Below are positions 1 to 10,256 of a stretch of DNA of 64,000 bases, piece after piece. How positions within the stretch are numbered: position 1 is the stretch's first letter; the number at the start of each line of letters is the position of its first letter. The stretch is from Ignavibacteriota bacterium (lineage in GTDB: Bacteria > Bacteroidota > Ignavibacteria > UBA10030). The DNA lies in the NCBI GenBank assembly GCA_963701295.1, contig OY969585.1, positions 704,001-768,000 on the forward strand. The letters are read 5' to 3'. The position numbers were made by a program, and so were the translations under genes. The notes below the pieces were generated by a model, which was not told the DNA's origin, made no database searches, and saw only the letters and a list, made by a program, of their open reading frames with translations.

Positions 1-677
1 CGATGAAGCAGGCAGCGGAAACAGCCAGCGTACAACTCGTAACCGGCGATACGAAAGTCGTAGACCGCGGGAAGGGAGATAAACTGTTTATTAACACATC
101 AGGTATTGGTATAATTCCGGATGGAGTTCAAATCAATCCGAAGCAAGCAAAACCGGGCGATAAGATCATTCTGAGCGGATCAATCGCTGAGCATGGTATT
201 GCGATCATGTCGGTACGGGAAGGTTTGGAGTTTGAGACACAAATAGAAAGCGATTGTGCTCCATTGAACGGATTGGTAGAAACTATGCTTGCGGCCAGTA
301 AGAATATTCACGTTTTACGCGACCCGACACGCGGCGGAGTTGCCTCTGTGCTGAATGAAATTTCTGAAAGTGCACAAGTTGGCATCGCTATAAGAGAAGA
401 ACACATTCTTGTGAACGAAGAAGTTCGTGGCGCTTGTGAGATACTCGGTTTTGATCCACTTTACGTTGCCAACGAAGGGAAACTGATAGCATTCGTTTCT
501 CCTGAGGCAGTCGATAATGTTTTAAAATCCATGCACGCTCATCCTCTTGGCAAAAAAGCAATGTTAATTGGTGAAGTTGTTGCCAACCATCCTGGTACTG
601 TGATCATGAAAACACACATCGGCGGCTCGCGTGTCGTTGATATGCTTTCCGGCGAGCAGCTCCCGAGAATTTGTTAA
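1..677 (+). CDS. hypE: Hydrogenase maturation protein HypE (5'-truncated by window edge)
   Basis: VTGDTKVV, RDPTRGG and NEGK motifs and the diagnostic C-terminal LPRIC. Confidence 0.97.
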   Translation, partial: MKQAAETASVQLVTGDTKVVDRGKGDKLFINTSGIGIIPDGVQINPKQAKPGDKIILSGSIAEHGIAIMSVREGLEFETQIESDCAPLNGLVETMLAASKNIHVLRDPTRGGVASVLNEISESAQVGIAIREEHILVNEEVRGACEILGFDPLYVANEGKLIAFVSPEAVDNVLKSMHAHPLGKKAMLIGEVVANHPGTVIMKTHIGGSRVVDMLSGEQLPRIC

Positions 678-798
678 TATAAACCATGTTCATCTTGTAA
701 AATTCTTAAGTTGAAACCATTGAATATATCTACCCTTCGATAGAATTGTAAAATATCTTTTTTTCTTCAATGCAAAAATCTATAAGACTTGGTTCCTC

Positions 799-2025
799 TT
801 ATTTCATCTTGGAAGCAATATCGCGCATGGCACTCTTAGGAAGCATAACACCAAGCATTTTCAATTTCACAAAATCTTCATGATAAAAATAATACCCCGG
901 ATGAGAGTTGTTGCGCGACTCAGAGCCGGAATCTTTGATCAGGTACCAATCCTTTCCATCTTTTTCTAAGTACCCAACTAAGTGGATACCATGGTCATCC
1001 CCTGTCGTTCCATTTTTGAAACGAAAGATTCGGGATGATTCATCAATAAATTGTGGTGGAATATCGAATGTGGGTATAACGGCTATACCTGCATGGCCAT
1101 AAATACCCGGTTCAGAGACATCTCCACCGATAGCCATGGTATAACCTGCGCGAATTGCATTCTTTATTGCAGACATAAAATCACTCAATGGAACATTGAA
1201 GTACGCTTTGCTATGCCACCAGTTATCAGGAACATCATACTCCGTCCATTGATAATACGGCCGGTCGGCGAGTGAGACAAGCTCAATATATTCGTCAAGG
1301 TTGAGTTTCACTACTTTTTCAAGGTACTCTTGCGGCGTTATCTCCTTCCCATTGATGGAAATTTTTTCAGGCGGAGCACCGATGTAATTGTTGAGGATAG
1401 CTTTCACTACCCGCTCAACAGCTTCTACATCCCATGCGTTGGATGCTTTGACTGATTTCAAATATGCATCGAGTTCCGCGAACATTTTACTGTGATCATG
1501 GAACGGCTGACCGTTCAGCAAGCCTGAATAAGCAAACGCAGGAACAATCCCATGATTCTTCCATATTCGTATCACTGCACCGGACTCAGATCCTTCACCA
1601 AACTCCTGTTTTCCGCGTGCCAGGACATACCCGCGCGCTTTCTCTACATACTCCCAATAAACCGTATACAACTCAGACAATTTGATTTCTTGTTTATTCA
1701 ATCTAGAGATCTCAGACTCAAAGAATGAGGTTGTTGAAAAACACCAACACATCCCAGACACTGCTTGTGATATGGGCTTATTGCGCCAATATGACTTGAA
1801 CTCTTGTATCGAGTGAGGAGGATTGAATGCCTCGAAATCTACAGCGATTTCTTTCTTGCTGGTACTGTCCTTCTTGTAAAATGTATCGAGTGAAGTTTTG
1901 ATAGAATCGTAAAATTCATTCCTTTTCTCAATGAACACTACAGTATCACGGTGTATCGGTTGGGCAGACATTAAAATAATTGCTACTGTATTCCATAATA
2001 AAAAAAGACAAACACTTTTCTTCAT
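799..2025 (-). CDS. Secreted C1 (papain-fold) cysteine aminopeptidase
   Basis: Signal peptide from MKKSV; Q..SGMCWCFS catalytic Cys; DDHGIHLVG catalytic His; WYLIKDSG. Confidence 0.85.
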   Translation of the reverse strand: MKKSVCLFLLWNTVAIILMSAQPIHRDTVVFIEKRNEFYDSIKTSLDTFYKKDSTSKKEIAVDFEAFNPPHSIQEFKSYWRNKPISQAVSGMCWCFSTTSFFESEISRLNKQEIKLSELYTVYWEYVEKARGYVLARGKQEFGEGSESGAVIRIWKNHGIVPAFAYSGLLNGQPFHDHSKMFAELDAYLKSVKASNAWDVEAVERVVKAILNNYIGAPPEKISINGKEITPQEYLEKVVKLNLDEYIELVSLADRPYYQWTEYDVPDNWWHSKAYFNVPLSDFMSAIKNAIRAGYTMAIGGDVSEPGIYGHAGIAVIPTFDIPPQFIDESSRIFRFKNGTTGDDHGIHLVGYLEKDGKDWYLIKDSGSESRNNSHPGYYFYHEDFVKLKMLGVMLPKSAMRDIASKMK

Positions 2026-2044
2026 AATATCCTCCAATATAGAA

Positions 2045-2578
2045 TCACACTACAAATGGAATAAACATTCGAGTTTTTTGCATATAAGCGATGTATGCTT
2101 CGCCAAATTTTCCTATCATTTCTTTTTCCTCCTCCTTCGCGGTAGCTATCAGCGCAACAATGTTGATGAAAGCAAAAAGAGCAGTGGTAATCGAAATGTC
2201 TTTTAGAAATATTCCTGTTCCTAAGAACAGAAGCGAAGCATACAGAGGATGACGAATAAAACGGTAAAGACCGACTGTCACAAGTTTTGATGTGTTCTCA
2301 AAATCGCCCTGCGGTTTGCCAATAACACGCAGAAGGAGAAAACCCAAGACAGCGAACACAATGGAAACAATTAAAAATATCCATGAGATGAGTTGGTTCC
2401 ATGCATGCGGCTCTTCGAACCAAACGGGCATATTGAGAAGTACCAGCAAAAGGATGCTTTCGAATGCAAAAAATCGCGGTATTCCGTGCGAGCGTTTTGC
2501 TTTGATCGAGAACTTCCAAGTGAAAATACTATTGGCGATAGTACCGATGATGAAGATGCCAATGGATGTAGTGCTCAC
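2045..2578 (-). CDS. ICMT/PEMT-family membrane methyltransferase
   Basis: LVTVGLYRFIRHPLY and EEKEM..KFGEAY..Y motifs; multiple TM segments. Confidence 0.85.
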   Translation of the reverse strand: MSTTSIGIFIIGTIANSIFTWKFSIKAKRSHGIPRFFAFESILLLVLLNMPVWFEEPHAWNQLISWIFLIVSIVFAVLGFLLLRVIGKPQGDFENTSKLVTVGLYRFIRHPLYASLLFLGTGIFLKDISITTALFAFINIVALIATAKEEEKEMIGKFGEAYIAYMQKTRMFIPFVV

Positions 2579-2617
2579 ACCTGCCTCCAGAAATTTACGA
2601 GATCAATCGACAGAATT

Positions 2618-4096
2618 TCATCTTCTTAGTTCTTGAATCAAGTTGCCGTGCTCGTCTAAAATATGCACAAGCAAAGACATCTCACCAGGCAATGAGTGTG
2701 TTGCACAAGCATTGCATGGATCATAAGCACGGAAAGCCATCTCGATCATATTTAAAAGTCCGTCATTCACTTTGCCGCCATGAATGAGTCCTTTTGCCGC
2801 CTTATCAACACCCATGGCAATCCGGGCGCCGTTGTGTGCAGTGGCAACGATGAGGTTCACCTTTGTAATCAATCCTTGTTCATCTGTCTCATAGTGATGG
2901 ATCAGTGTGCCGCGCGGCGCCTCAACAATACCGACACCGACTGTTGGTGTCTTCGTGGGAATCGTGCGAATATCTTTGCTCGTAATTTCAATATCATTCA
3001 CGAGTTCAACACATCTTTCTGCGGCCTGCAGCATTTCTACTACGCGTGCCCAGTGGTTGGCAAGTGTCATATGTACCGGTTTTCCGCCGAGAGTTTTGTA
3101 GAGCTCATCGAATGCCGTTTGAGCTTCGGCAGTCGTCATACCATCGGATGCATTGAGACGTGCCAACGGAGCGACAGAATACACACCACTCTCAGCTCCA
3201 TCGATAAATCCTTTCCATCCGATTTGTTTAAGGTACGGGAACTTCACATAACTCCACGGCTCAACCTGTTCTGCAATGTGATCGAGATATTGTTGAGGGA
3301 CAAATTTAAGAAATTCTTTTCCGTTCGGATCAACGACACGGACTTTTCCATCATAGAAGTTCACTTTATTGTTCTCATCTACTAAACCCATGTAGTACGT
3401 TTTATGAGTATAGGTATCAGATGTAATCATCTTAACATACGTATCGTTCTTCAAGACAATATTTTTGAAAACTTGCAATGTAAACCGCGCAAATTCGAGT
3501 CCATCATGAGCTACCTCTTTAAACTTTGGCAAATCTTCCGATGCAATTCCTTTTGCCACACCGCCCGGCAAGCCGAAGACGGGGTGAATCACTTTCCCGC
3601 CGAGATAGCTGATGAGTTCCCGTAATCGTCGCCGCATCGAGATTACTTTCTTTCCGACATCGACTCCAACTTTGCCAATCACACCGACGATATTGCGCAA
3701 TTCTTTCGGCGCATCCGGGCCAACGATGAAATCAGGGCCGCCGAGAATGTACACATGGAGTGCATGGTCTTCGAGCATAAAAAGATTGTAAATCAATTCG
3801 CGGATTTTCTTCGCCGCAGGAGGAGGACTAACTTTATAGAGATCATCTAACGCTTTCGTGCCTGCCATGTGATGAGCTGTCGGACAGACACCACAAATAC
3901 GACTGGTAATTTGTGGCATATCTTCGGCGGGTCGTCCTTTTGAGAATATCTCGAAACCACGCAACTCAGGAATCTGATAGTAGGCTTTCGTCACCTCGCC
4001 CTTGTCATCGAGAAAGATGTCGATCTTTCCATGACCTTCAAGGCGGGTGATCGGATCAATTGAAATATGTCGTATTGTCGTGGTAGCCGCTTCCAT
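2618..4096 (-). CDS. mvhA: Group 3c [NiFe] hydrogenase large subunit (MvhA-like)
   Basis: TRLEGHG, L1 RICGVC, L2 DPCNACATH followed by a 25-aa C-terminal extension; context with mvhG/mvhD/hdrA. Confidence 0.93.
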   Translation of the reverse strand: MEAATTTIRHISIDPITRLEGHGKIDIFLDDKGEVTKAYYQIPELRGFEIFSKGRPAEDMPQITSRICGVCPTAHHMAGTKALDDLYKVSPPPAAKKIRELIYNLFMLEDHALHVYILGGPDFIVGPDAPKELRNIVGVIGKVGVDVGKKVISMRRRLRELISYLGGKVIHPVFGLPGGVAKGIASEDLPKFKEVAHDGLEFARFTLQVFKNIVLKNDTYVKMITSDTYTHKTYYMGLVDENNKVNFYDGKVRVVDPNGKEFLKFVPQQYLDHIAEQVEPWSYVKFPYLKQIGWKGFIDGAESGVYSVAPLARLNASDGMTTAEAQTAFDELYKTLGGKPVHMTLANHWARVVEMLQAAERCVELVNDIEITSKDIRTIPTKTPTVGVGIVEAPRGTLIHHYETDEQGLITKVNLIVATAHNGARIAMGVDKAAKGLIHGGKVNDGLLNMIEMAFRAYDPCNACATHSLPGEMSLLVHILDEHGNLIQELRR

Positions 4097-4111
4097 AGTT
4101 ATTCCTTGATT

Positions 4112-5089
4112 TCAAGCCGTGCTATTAAAATTTTTTCTTCTTAAGAGTGAGATCGGTAAACCATATCGATAGAATGTACCAACAGGGTCGGGGATAGTTG
4201 CCAACGTCTCATCGATACCTTTTACATCTTTTGCTTCGACTTGTGAAGCGAGAGCGGAGAGAATCTTTGCACCTTGGTCTTTTATTCGAGATGGAGGTCC
4301 GAAACAGCCTGTGCATGGCATATTCCCTGAAATACAAACACCTTCGCAACCGCCGCGTGTTGCAGGTCCCATACAAATAACACCTTGAGCCAACAAGCAC
4401 GTCTTCGGATCAACTTGTGTCCAATGCGGGCGTTTAAACTCCGTAAATTTTAAATCGCTCGGTTTCGAATCTTTCTTCGGGCATTCATCGCAAAGTGCAA
4501 TATCCGGAGCGAGAACAGCTCCTTTCTCCGGTAATTTGCCAGAAAGGAGTACTTCAAGCGCTTGCTTCAGTAATTTCGAAGTTGGCGGACAACCGGGTAA
4601 ATAATAATCGACATCAATCACTTGGTCCAGCGCACGAACGACATTAAAGAAATTGGGAAGCGTGACGGCATTTCCGCTTGTGATAACTTTCAGTTCCGGT
4701 TGTGTCTTTTCCGGATTTATCGTCGACGGAGATTCTTCATATACATACCTGAGTATTTCCTCTCGCTCGAATTGGTTGGCAAGCCCGGGAATGCCACCGG
4801 TGTGTGCACAGGAGCCATACGCAATAATAAGTTTGCTCTTTTTCCGCATGAGCTTTGCCATCTCTTCCTGTTCTGAAGTTCGAATCGCTCCGTTCACCAA
4901 AGAGACAAGAATAGAACCATCTGCCATAGCTTCGACATCTTTTTTCTTGAAGTCCATCGCAACAGGCCACATAACAATATCTACCGCAGCCACCACATCA
5001 AGAATACTCTCGGCGAGATCGACAACCGATTCTTCACAGCCCCCGCAGGAGGCACACCAATAGAAAGCAACTTTAGGTTTATCCGGCAT
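4112..5089 (-). CDS. mvhG: Group 3c [NiFe] hydrogenase small subunit (MvhG-like)
   Basis: Start reassigned to MPDKPK; CASCGGC, GSCA, PGCPP, C.GP.TRGGC...C....PCTGCFGP Fe-S motifs. Confidence 0.92.
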   Translation of the reverse strand: MPDKPKVAFYWCASCGGCEESVVDLAESILDVVAAVDIVMWPVAMDFKKKDVEAMADGSILVSLVNGAIRTSEQEEMAKLMRKKSKLIIAYGSCAHTGGIPGLANQFEREEILRYVYEESPSTINPEKTQPELKVITSGNAVTLPNFFNVVRALDQVIDVDYYLPGCPPTSKLLKQALEVLLSGKLPEKGAVLAPDIALCDECPKKDSKPSDLKFTEFKRPHWTQVDPKTCLLAQGVICMGPATRGGCEGVCISGNMPCTGCFGPPSRIKDQGAKILSALASQVEAKDVKGIDETLATIPDPVGTFYRYGLPISLLRRKNFNSTA

Positions 5090-5600
5090 GGACTGTCTCC
5101 CCCTTTCCGTTGATTTCATGTTCAAGCGATTCCAGCTCCTTATCCCATTCTGCAAACTTCTTCGGCAGTCCCAGAGGGCCAAGTGCACGCACTTGTTCTG
5201 TCATCTCATTGATAACGATCTTGACTCGTTCACCTTCGGATGCAGATATCCATTCGAGACGAAATCTTTTTTCTTCGATTCCCATGTCTTTCATCATCCG
5301 TTTGAGCAGCTGCATACGCCGGAGCGCTTTGTAGTTGCCTTCCATATAATGGCAATCGCCCGGATGGCAGCCGCCAATGAGAACACCGTCGGCTCCTTTG
5401 GAAAAAGCATCAAGAATGAATTGTGGATCAACGCGCCCGGAGCACATCACGCGAATAATACGCGCATTTGGTGCATGATGAAGACGCGAGACACCAGCGA
5501 GATCGGCGGCGGTGTATGTACACCAGTTACAAAAAAACGCAATAATACGCGGTTCCCAGCCATTGGTGCGTGTTGGTTGTTCAATTATTGATACCATCAT
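5079..5600 (-). CDS. mvhD: [2Fe-2S] adaptor subunit MvhD
   Basis: FFCNWCTY.AADLAG, RVMCSGRVDP, GCHPGDCHY, WISASEG. Confidence 0.95.
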   Translation of the reverse strand: MMVSIIEQPTRTNGWEPRIIAFFCNWCTYTAADLAGVSRLHHAPNARIIRVMCSGRVDPQFILDAFSKGADGVLIGGCHPGDCHYMEGNYKALRRMQLLKRMMKDMGIEEKRFRLEWISASEGERVKIVINEMTEQVRALGPLGLPKKFAEWDKELESLEHEINGKGETVHAG

Positions 5601-5620
5601 TTCTTCTCCAAGTTCATCTT

Positions 5621-7633
5621 TCAGCAACACGCTGGTGATTCTGTCTTCAACAAGCCGTCGATCTCACTGAAGATCATTTCATCTTCGAATAAATTCTGCT
5701 TGATAGCACCGGACGGACACGCCGCCACACATGTACCACACCCTTTACAGAGCGCTTCGTTGATAAATGCTTTCTGCTTTACCTCGTCGCGCGAGATCGC
5801 GTTGTATGGACAGATCGTCAAACACGTGCGGCAGCCCGAGCATTCCTCCTGAACAACGTAAGCGGTGTTCGGTTCAAGTTCAATTTCTCCGCTGTCGATG
5901 AGAACGAGCGCTTGAGCAGCAGCAGCACCGGCTTGCGCAACGCTATCTGGTATGTCTTTCGGTCCCTGACATGCTCCCGCAATAAAGATGCCGTCAGTGA
6001 ATGTATCCACAGGAGCGAGTTTGGGATGTCGTTCAAGAAAGAATCCTTCTGTGGAACACGAGATATTAAACATCCGCCGCACATCCTGTGAATCCGCCTG
6101 AGGCTCCATGCCAACAGCCAGCACAACCATGTCCACCGGCACACGACGCACAATACCGATCAGCGTATCCTCAGCGCGGATGATAAGCTTTCCTTCTTCC
6201 GATGGACGCACCGCCCAGTCGGACACTTCCGCTACACGCCCGCGAATAAAATGAACATTTTCATCGAGAAGTTTATCGTAAAATTCTTCGTATGATTTTC
6301 CTGCCGCACGAATGTCGATATAGAAATTGTAGACTTCTGCGTCAGTATGTTCCTTCAACAGATGTGCAAGCTTGAGTGAATACATACAACAGGTACGCGA
6401 GCACCAGCGGTTGGTGTTTTTATCCCGCGATCCAACGCAGTGAATGATGCCGACTGTTTTCGGATGGCGGCCATCCCGAAGAATCAATTCGCCACCCGTG
6501 GGACCGGATGCATTGACAAGTCGTTCCACCTCCAGCGATGTATACACGTTGGGATATTTTCCGTAACCATAAAAGGGAACTCGGACTGCATCGAATGTTT
6601 GATATCCAGTAGTAAGAATGATGGTGCCGACTTCAATTTCTTTGATTTCTTCTTTCTGCTTAAAATCGATAGCTTTTCGATCGCATACTTCGACGCAGGT
6701 CTTTTTACATCGCCCTGATTTAAACTCAATGCATGTTTCTCGATCAATCACAACAATTTGCGGAGTTGCTTGCGGGAATGGGATGTAAATCGGTTTCCGC
6801 TTGCTCAGTCCCACATTGAATTCGTCCGGTGTCTTGCCCTCTTTATAAACGCACTTCTCTATGCAATCCATACAACCGACACATAATTCCTCGTTAATAT
6901 AGCGCGGTTTTCGTCGGACAGAAATTTTGTAATTGCCGACATAACCATCTACTTTTGCAACTTCAGAATATGTCCATAGTGTGATATTGGGATGATTTTT
7001 CACTTGTGACATTTTCGGCGTAAGAATACACGCAGCACAATCAAGTGTTGGAAATGTTTTATCGAACATCGCCATGTGTCCGCCGATTGTCGGATCTCTT
7101 TCCACGAGATAGACTTTCTTTCCAGCGTTCGCAATTGTAAGGGCGGCATGAATTCCCGCAATACCACCACCAACAATAAGTACATCCGGATGAATTTTTA
7201 CATGTTTTGTTTCAAGCGATTTATGGTGAAACACACGCTGTACTGCTGCGCGAGCAAGATCTTTTGCTTTTTCCGTTGCTGCTTTTATATCGGTGTGCAC
7301 CCATGAAACATTCTCGCGTATGTTCACCATCTGGAAATAATAGGGATTCAGCCCGCCCTTTTCCACGGCCGTACGAAAAGTATGTTCATGGAGTAGAGGG
7401 GAACATGATGCCACAATGATTCGATTCAGAGAATGTTCCTGAATATCTTTTTGAATCAATTCCTGTCCCGGATCTGAGCACATATATTTGTACTCATATG
7501 AAATAACCACGCCGTGCATCGTCTTCACATACTCAGCAACCGCTTTCACATCCACGACGCTGGCGATGTTATGTCCGCAGTGACAGATATAGAATCCAAT
7601 ACGGACTGTTCCATTATGTCCATTACCATGCAT
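5621..7633 (-). CDS. hdrA: Heterodisulfide reductase subunit A (electron-bifurcating flavoprotein)
   Basis: ICHCG, VGGGIAG FAD motif, DKTFPTLDC, CVGSRD, CSRTCC, GACQGPKDI, inserted and C-terminal ferredoxin domains. Confidence 0.96.
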   Translation of the reverse strand: MHGNGHNGTVRIGFYICHCGHNIASVVDVKAVAEYVKTMHGVVISYEYKYMCSDPGQELIQKDIQEHSLNRIIVASCSPLLHEHTFRTAVEKGGLNPYYFQMVNIRENVSWVHTDIKAATEKAKDLARAAVQRVFHHKSLETKHVKIHPDVLIVGGGIAGIHAALTIANAGKKVYLVERDPTIGGHMAMFDKTFPTLDCAACILTPKMSQVKNHPNITLWTYSEVAKVDGYVGNYKISVRRKPRYINEELCVGCMDCIEKCVYKEGKTPDEFNVGLSKRKPIYIPFPQATPQIVVIDRETCIEFKSGRCKKTCVEVCDRKAIDFKQKEEIKEIEVGTIILTTGYQTFDAVRVPFYGYGKYPNVYTSLEVERLVNASGPTGGELILRDGRHPKTVGIIHCVGSRDKNTNRWCSRTCCMYSLKLAHLLKEHTDAEVYNFYIDIRAAGKSYEEFYDKLLDENVHFIRGRVAEVSDWAVRPSEEGKLIIRAEDTLIGIVRRVPVDMVVLAVGMEPQADSQDVRRMFNISCSTEGFFLERHPKLAPVDTFTDGIFIAGACQGPKDIPDSVAQAGAAAAQALVLIDSGEIELEPNTAYVVQEECSGCRTCLTICPYNAISRDEVKQKAFINEALCKGCGTCVAACPSGAIKQNLFEDEMIFSEIDGLLKTESPACC

Positions 7634-8525
7634 TGACCATCTCTCCTTTTGGATGCGTGATTTGTTTCAGCGAAGGCATTTTAAAGAGCCGCTGCATCCC
7701 AAGTTCCTTTTCCGATAAACCAAGCGCTACACCCATCAATTGAGTGAAAAATGCGACCGGCATATTAATCTTTTCCTCAAATTTACGATTGATTCGCTCT
7801 TGATAACACTCGAGGTTGTGCTGGCATAACGGGCAGCACGTGAGCATGATGTCTGCCTCTCGTTTTTCCGCTTCTTTGAGAAGCAGACGATTCAATCGCA
7901 AACCAGCCTCTTGAATTGTTCCCGTCAAACTCCCTCCACAGCACCGTGTCTTCAATGGCCAGTCCACCGGCTCTGCACCGAGAGCTTTCACCAACCTGTC
8001 CATCGTCTCAGGATAATGGGAGTGATCGAATGTCTTAAATGGGCGAACGACTTGGCATCCATAATAACTCGCTACTTTCAATCCTTTCAATGGATATTTG
8101 ACACGTTTCGCGATGTTCTCCAGTCCGTAATCGTTCACAAAAACATCAAGAGGATGACGCACATTCACGCGGCCATGGTAATGAAGTCCCGCTTTATCTA
8201 GCGTTGAATTGACCTTCTCACTGACATCCGGATAGTTTTCGAGATAACGCTCGGTTTTTAAAAGAACGAGGAAGCATGCACTGCATGGTGCAATGAGATT
8301 GATTGTACCCTCTGAGGATTGCAACTCGGCAAGGGCAAGATTACGTGCTGCGAGAGCAAATGCGTCTGTCTCATCAATGGAAACGTAGGATGTTGCACCG
8401 CAGCAATTCCAATCATTGAGTTCTTCAAAAGGGATATCCAACGCTTTCAAAACGGAGAGGAGCGATTCTTCGTAAGCACGACCGGTGCTGCGTAATGAAC
8501 ATCCCGGATAATAAAGATATTTCAT
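7623..8525 (-). CDS. hdrB: Heterodisulfide reductase subunit B
   Basis: Start reassigned to MKYLYYPGC; two CCG domains (WNCCGA, PCSAC, YYGC, RCCGG, CCPLC). Confidence 0.95.
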   Translation of the reverse strand: MKYLYYPGCSLRSTGRAYEESLLSVLKALDIPFEELNDWNCCGATSYVSIDETDAFALAARNLALAELQSSEGTINLIAPCSACFLVLLKTERYLENYPDVSEKVNSTLDKAGLHYHGRVNVRHPLDVFVNDYGLENIAKRVKYPLKGLKVASYYGCQVVRPFKTFDHSHYPETMDRLVKALGAEPVDWPLKTRCCGGSLTGTIQEAGLRLNRLLLKEAEKREADIMLTCCPLCQHNLECYQERINRKFEEKINMPVAFFTQLMGVALGLSEKELGMQRLFKMPSLKQITHPKGEMVNAW

Positions 8526-9166
8526 AACGGCGCCTCTTCTTTCCTGTGTGCTAGTATTGTGTGGAGTTGATCGCGGCGCTTCACGCGTTCCCTGCCGATG
8601 GTGAGACGACCGCGGAGAAAGAGTTTGAGACCAAGGATTGCTTCTTTCAGCATAATAAAAGGATTCGTTCGCAAATACAGACTGACGAGCAGCCAGCTTT
8701 CTGTGTTGCGCCCATCTTTGAGCACACGTTTGTAAAATTCTTGTGCAAGAATGGGAATGGGCAGCCGCTTTGGGTGGAAACCCATTTGAATCGCTTCGCG
8801 CTTGAGCGTGTACATAACATCCGTAATATGAATTTGCCGCGGACATTGGACATAACACGAATAGCATGATGCACAGAGCCAGATCGTAAGCGAATTGAGA
8901 ACTTCTTCCTTGAAACCCTCACGAGTCATCGCAATGATTTTCCGGGGTGTGTAATCCATGTAATGTGCCAGTGGACACGTTGCACTGCATGTACCGCATT
9001 GAATACAGCTTAACAACTTCTGACCGTACGCCCTATCGGCAACACGCTCACCGAAATTGAGATCAAGCTCCGATTCAAACTTGATCCGCCGAATGACACG
9101 CTTCATCTTCTCGATTTTGTGCGGCTCTTCTTCTGAGTGAACCGATGTTGGGGTGGGAAGTCGCAT
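8522..9166 (-). CDS. hdrC: Heterodisulfide reductase subunit C
   Basis: CIQCGTCSATCP and WLCASCYSCYVQCP; GAAGGAGG RBS upstream; overlaps hdrB start. Confidence 0.93.
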   Translation of the reverse strand: MRLPTPTSVHSEEEPHKIEKMKRVIRRIKFESELDLNFGERVADRAYGQKLLSCIQCGTCSATCPLAHYMDYTPRKIIAMTREGFKEEVLNSLTIWLCASCYSCYVQCPRQIHITDVMYTLKREAIQMGFHPKRLPIPILAQEFYKRVLKDGRNTESWLLVSLYLRTNPFIMLKEAILGLKLFLRGRLTIGRERVKRRDQLHTILAHRKEEAPL

Positions 9167-9258
9167 TCATTCCTCCTTCATTAATTAAAAAATCTTGCTC
9201 GTACTACCTCTTATACAATTCAATGCACTGCAACGCTAGGCAAGAGATCGTCGCTCGT

Positions 9259-9768
9259 TTATTGAGTTACTCCTTCGGCATCTGTGACAATTTGTTTGAC
9301 CACCTGCTTCGCAGCCTTCTGTACATTAGTTGAGATTGTTGTTCCTGCAGCGAAATTCTTCCCCTCAATCCCGTAGACGATTAACTTCGAAGGCAGGACA
9401 TTCATCGTACGTGCTAGTTCGATTGCTTCCGCAACACTGAATGCATGTGTTGAATAATGAAAGAACTTTATTGGTACTGTTCCTTTATTAGCCTCTATTC
9501 TAAAAATAGTACCCGGCAGCGCGCCAGATGAAACTGCGTCCACTATCATAACATTCTGAAATCCTTGCCAGGATTCCATTAAGGCGGCGCCTTCGCCGGA
9601 TTCTTCCTTTACAATAACAGATGGATGTTGTTTCTCTTTAATCGCGCGCGCTACCATTAATCCAATGCCGTCATCACTGCGATATTCATTGCCAACTCCA
9701 ACGAGAAGAATCTTCCGAAGATTATTTTCGATTAAGTTCTTAGAACCTTCGGAAGGTTTCTCGACCAT
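9259..9768 (-). CDS. Hydrogenase maturation endopeptidase (HycI/HyaD family)
   Basis: VGVGNEYRSDDGIG, IVDAV, STHAF motifs. Confidence 0.93.
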   Translation of the reverse strand: MVEKPSEGSKNLIENNLRKILLVGVGNEYRSDDGIGLMVARAIKEKQHPSVIVKEESGEGAALMESWQGFQNVMIVDAVSSGALPGTIFRIEANKGTVPIKFFHYSTHAFSVAEAIELARTMNVLPSKLIVYGIEGKNFAAGTTISTNVQKAAKQVVKQIVTDAEGVTQ

Positions 9769-10256
9769 TATTGTTCTTCAATCTCAAACCGTGAATGTGA
9801 GAATTCCGCAATTATCGGTTTTACTAAACCCAGATAGTCGTTCATCTTCAGCCGAATTGATTTAGAGTGCGAGCATGCATTAAAGACAATCTCGTCATCA
9901 TTTATCAGTGATTTATCGATGTACACGGGAAGAGCATACAAATTACCAAACGGCGGCATTGCACCCAATTCACAATCCGGAAAGAGAGGCTTGAGATCTT
10001 CCTCTTGTGCAAGGTGTAATTGCTTCGCTTTTATTGCTTTACCCAGCAAATGTTCATCCAGCCGGTGATCAGCAGGCATGACGACCATGCAATATTTGTC
10101 GTCTGTCTGAACGATGAGTGTCTTCGCTAAATCCTTATCCGGCACATGAGATGCAACCGCAGCCTCGTGCGCTGTAAACGCAGGAACGTGTTCTATCACT
10201 TCATAGCGCACACTATTTTTCTTCAGGTAATCAATCATATCGCCAAGCTTCGCCAT
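9768..10256 (-). CDS. YbaK/ProX-superfamily (aminoacyl-tRNA deacylase-like) protein
   Basis: LAKTLIV and FPDCELGAMPPFG motifs; GGAGG RBS upstream. Confidence 0.88.
   Translation of the reverse strand: MAKLGDMIDYLKKNSVRYEVIEHVPAFTAHEAAVASHVPDKDLAKTLIVQTDDKYCMVVMPADHRLDEHLLGKAIKAKQLHLAQEEDLKPLFPDCELGAMPPFGNLYALPVYIDKSLINDDEIVFNACSHSKSIRLKMNDYLGLVKPIIAEFSHSRFEIEEQ

Noticed and set aside
2618-7633. Selenocysteine recoding in Mvh/Hdr subunits
   Set aside because: All relevant positions are Cys codons and the ORFs are full length without in-frame TGA
7623-8867. Long N-terminal extensions in the ORF track (hdrB, mvhG, hyhL, dxr, methyltransferase, hydA, cyclase)
   Set aside because: They overlap upstream genes or lack family similarity, and internal ATGs match the family N-termini
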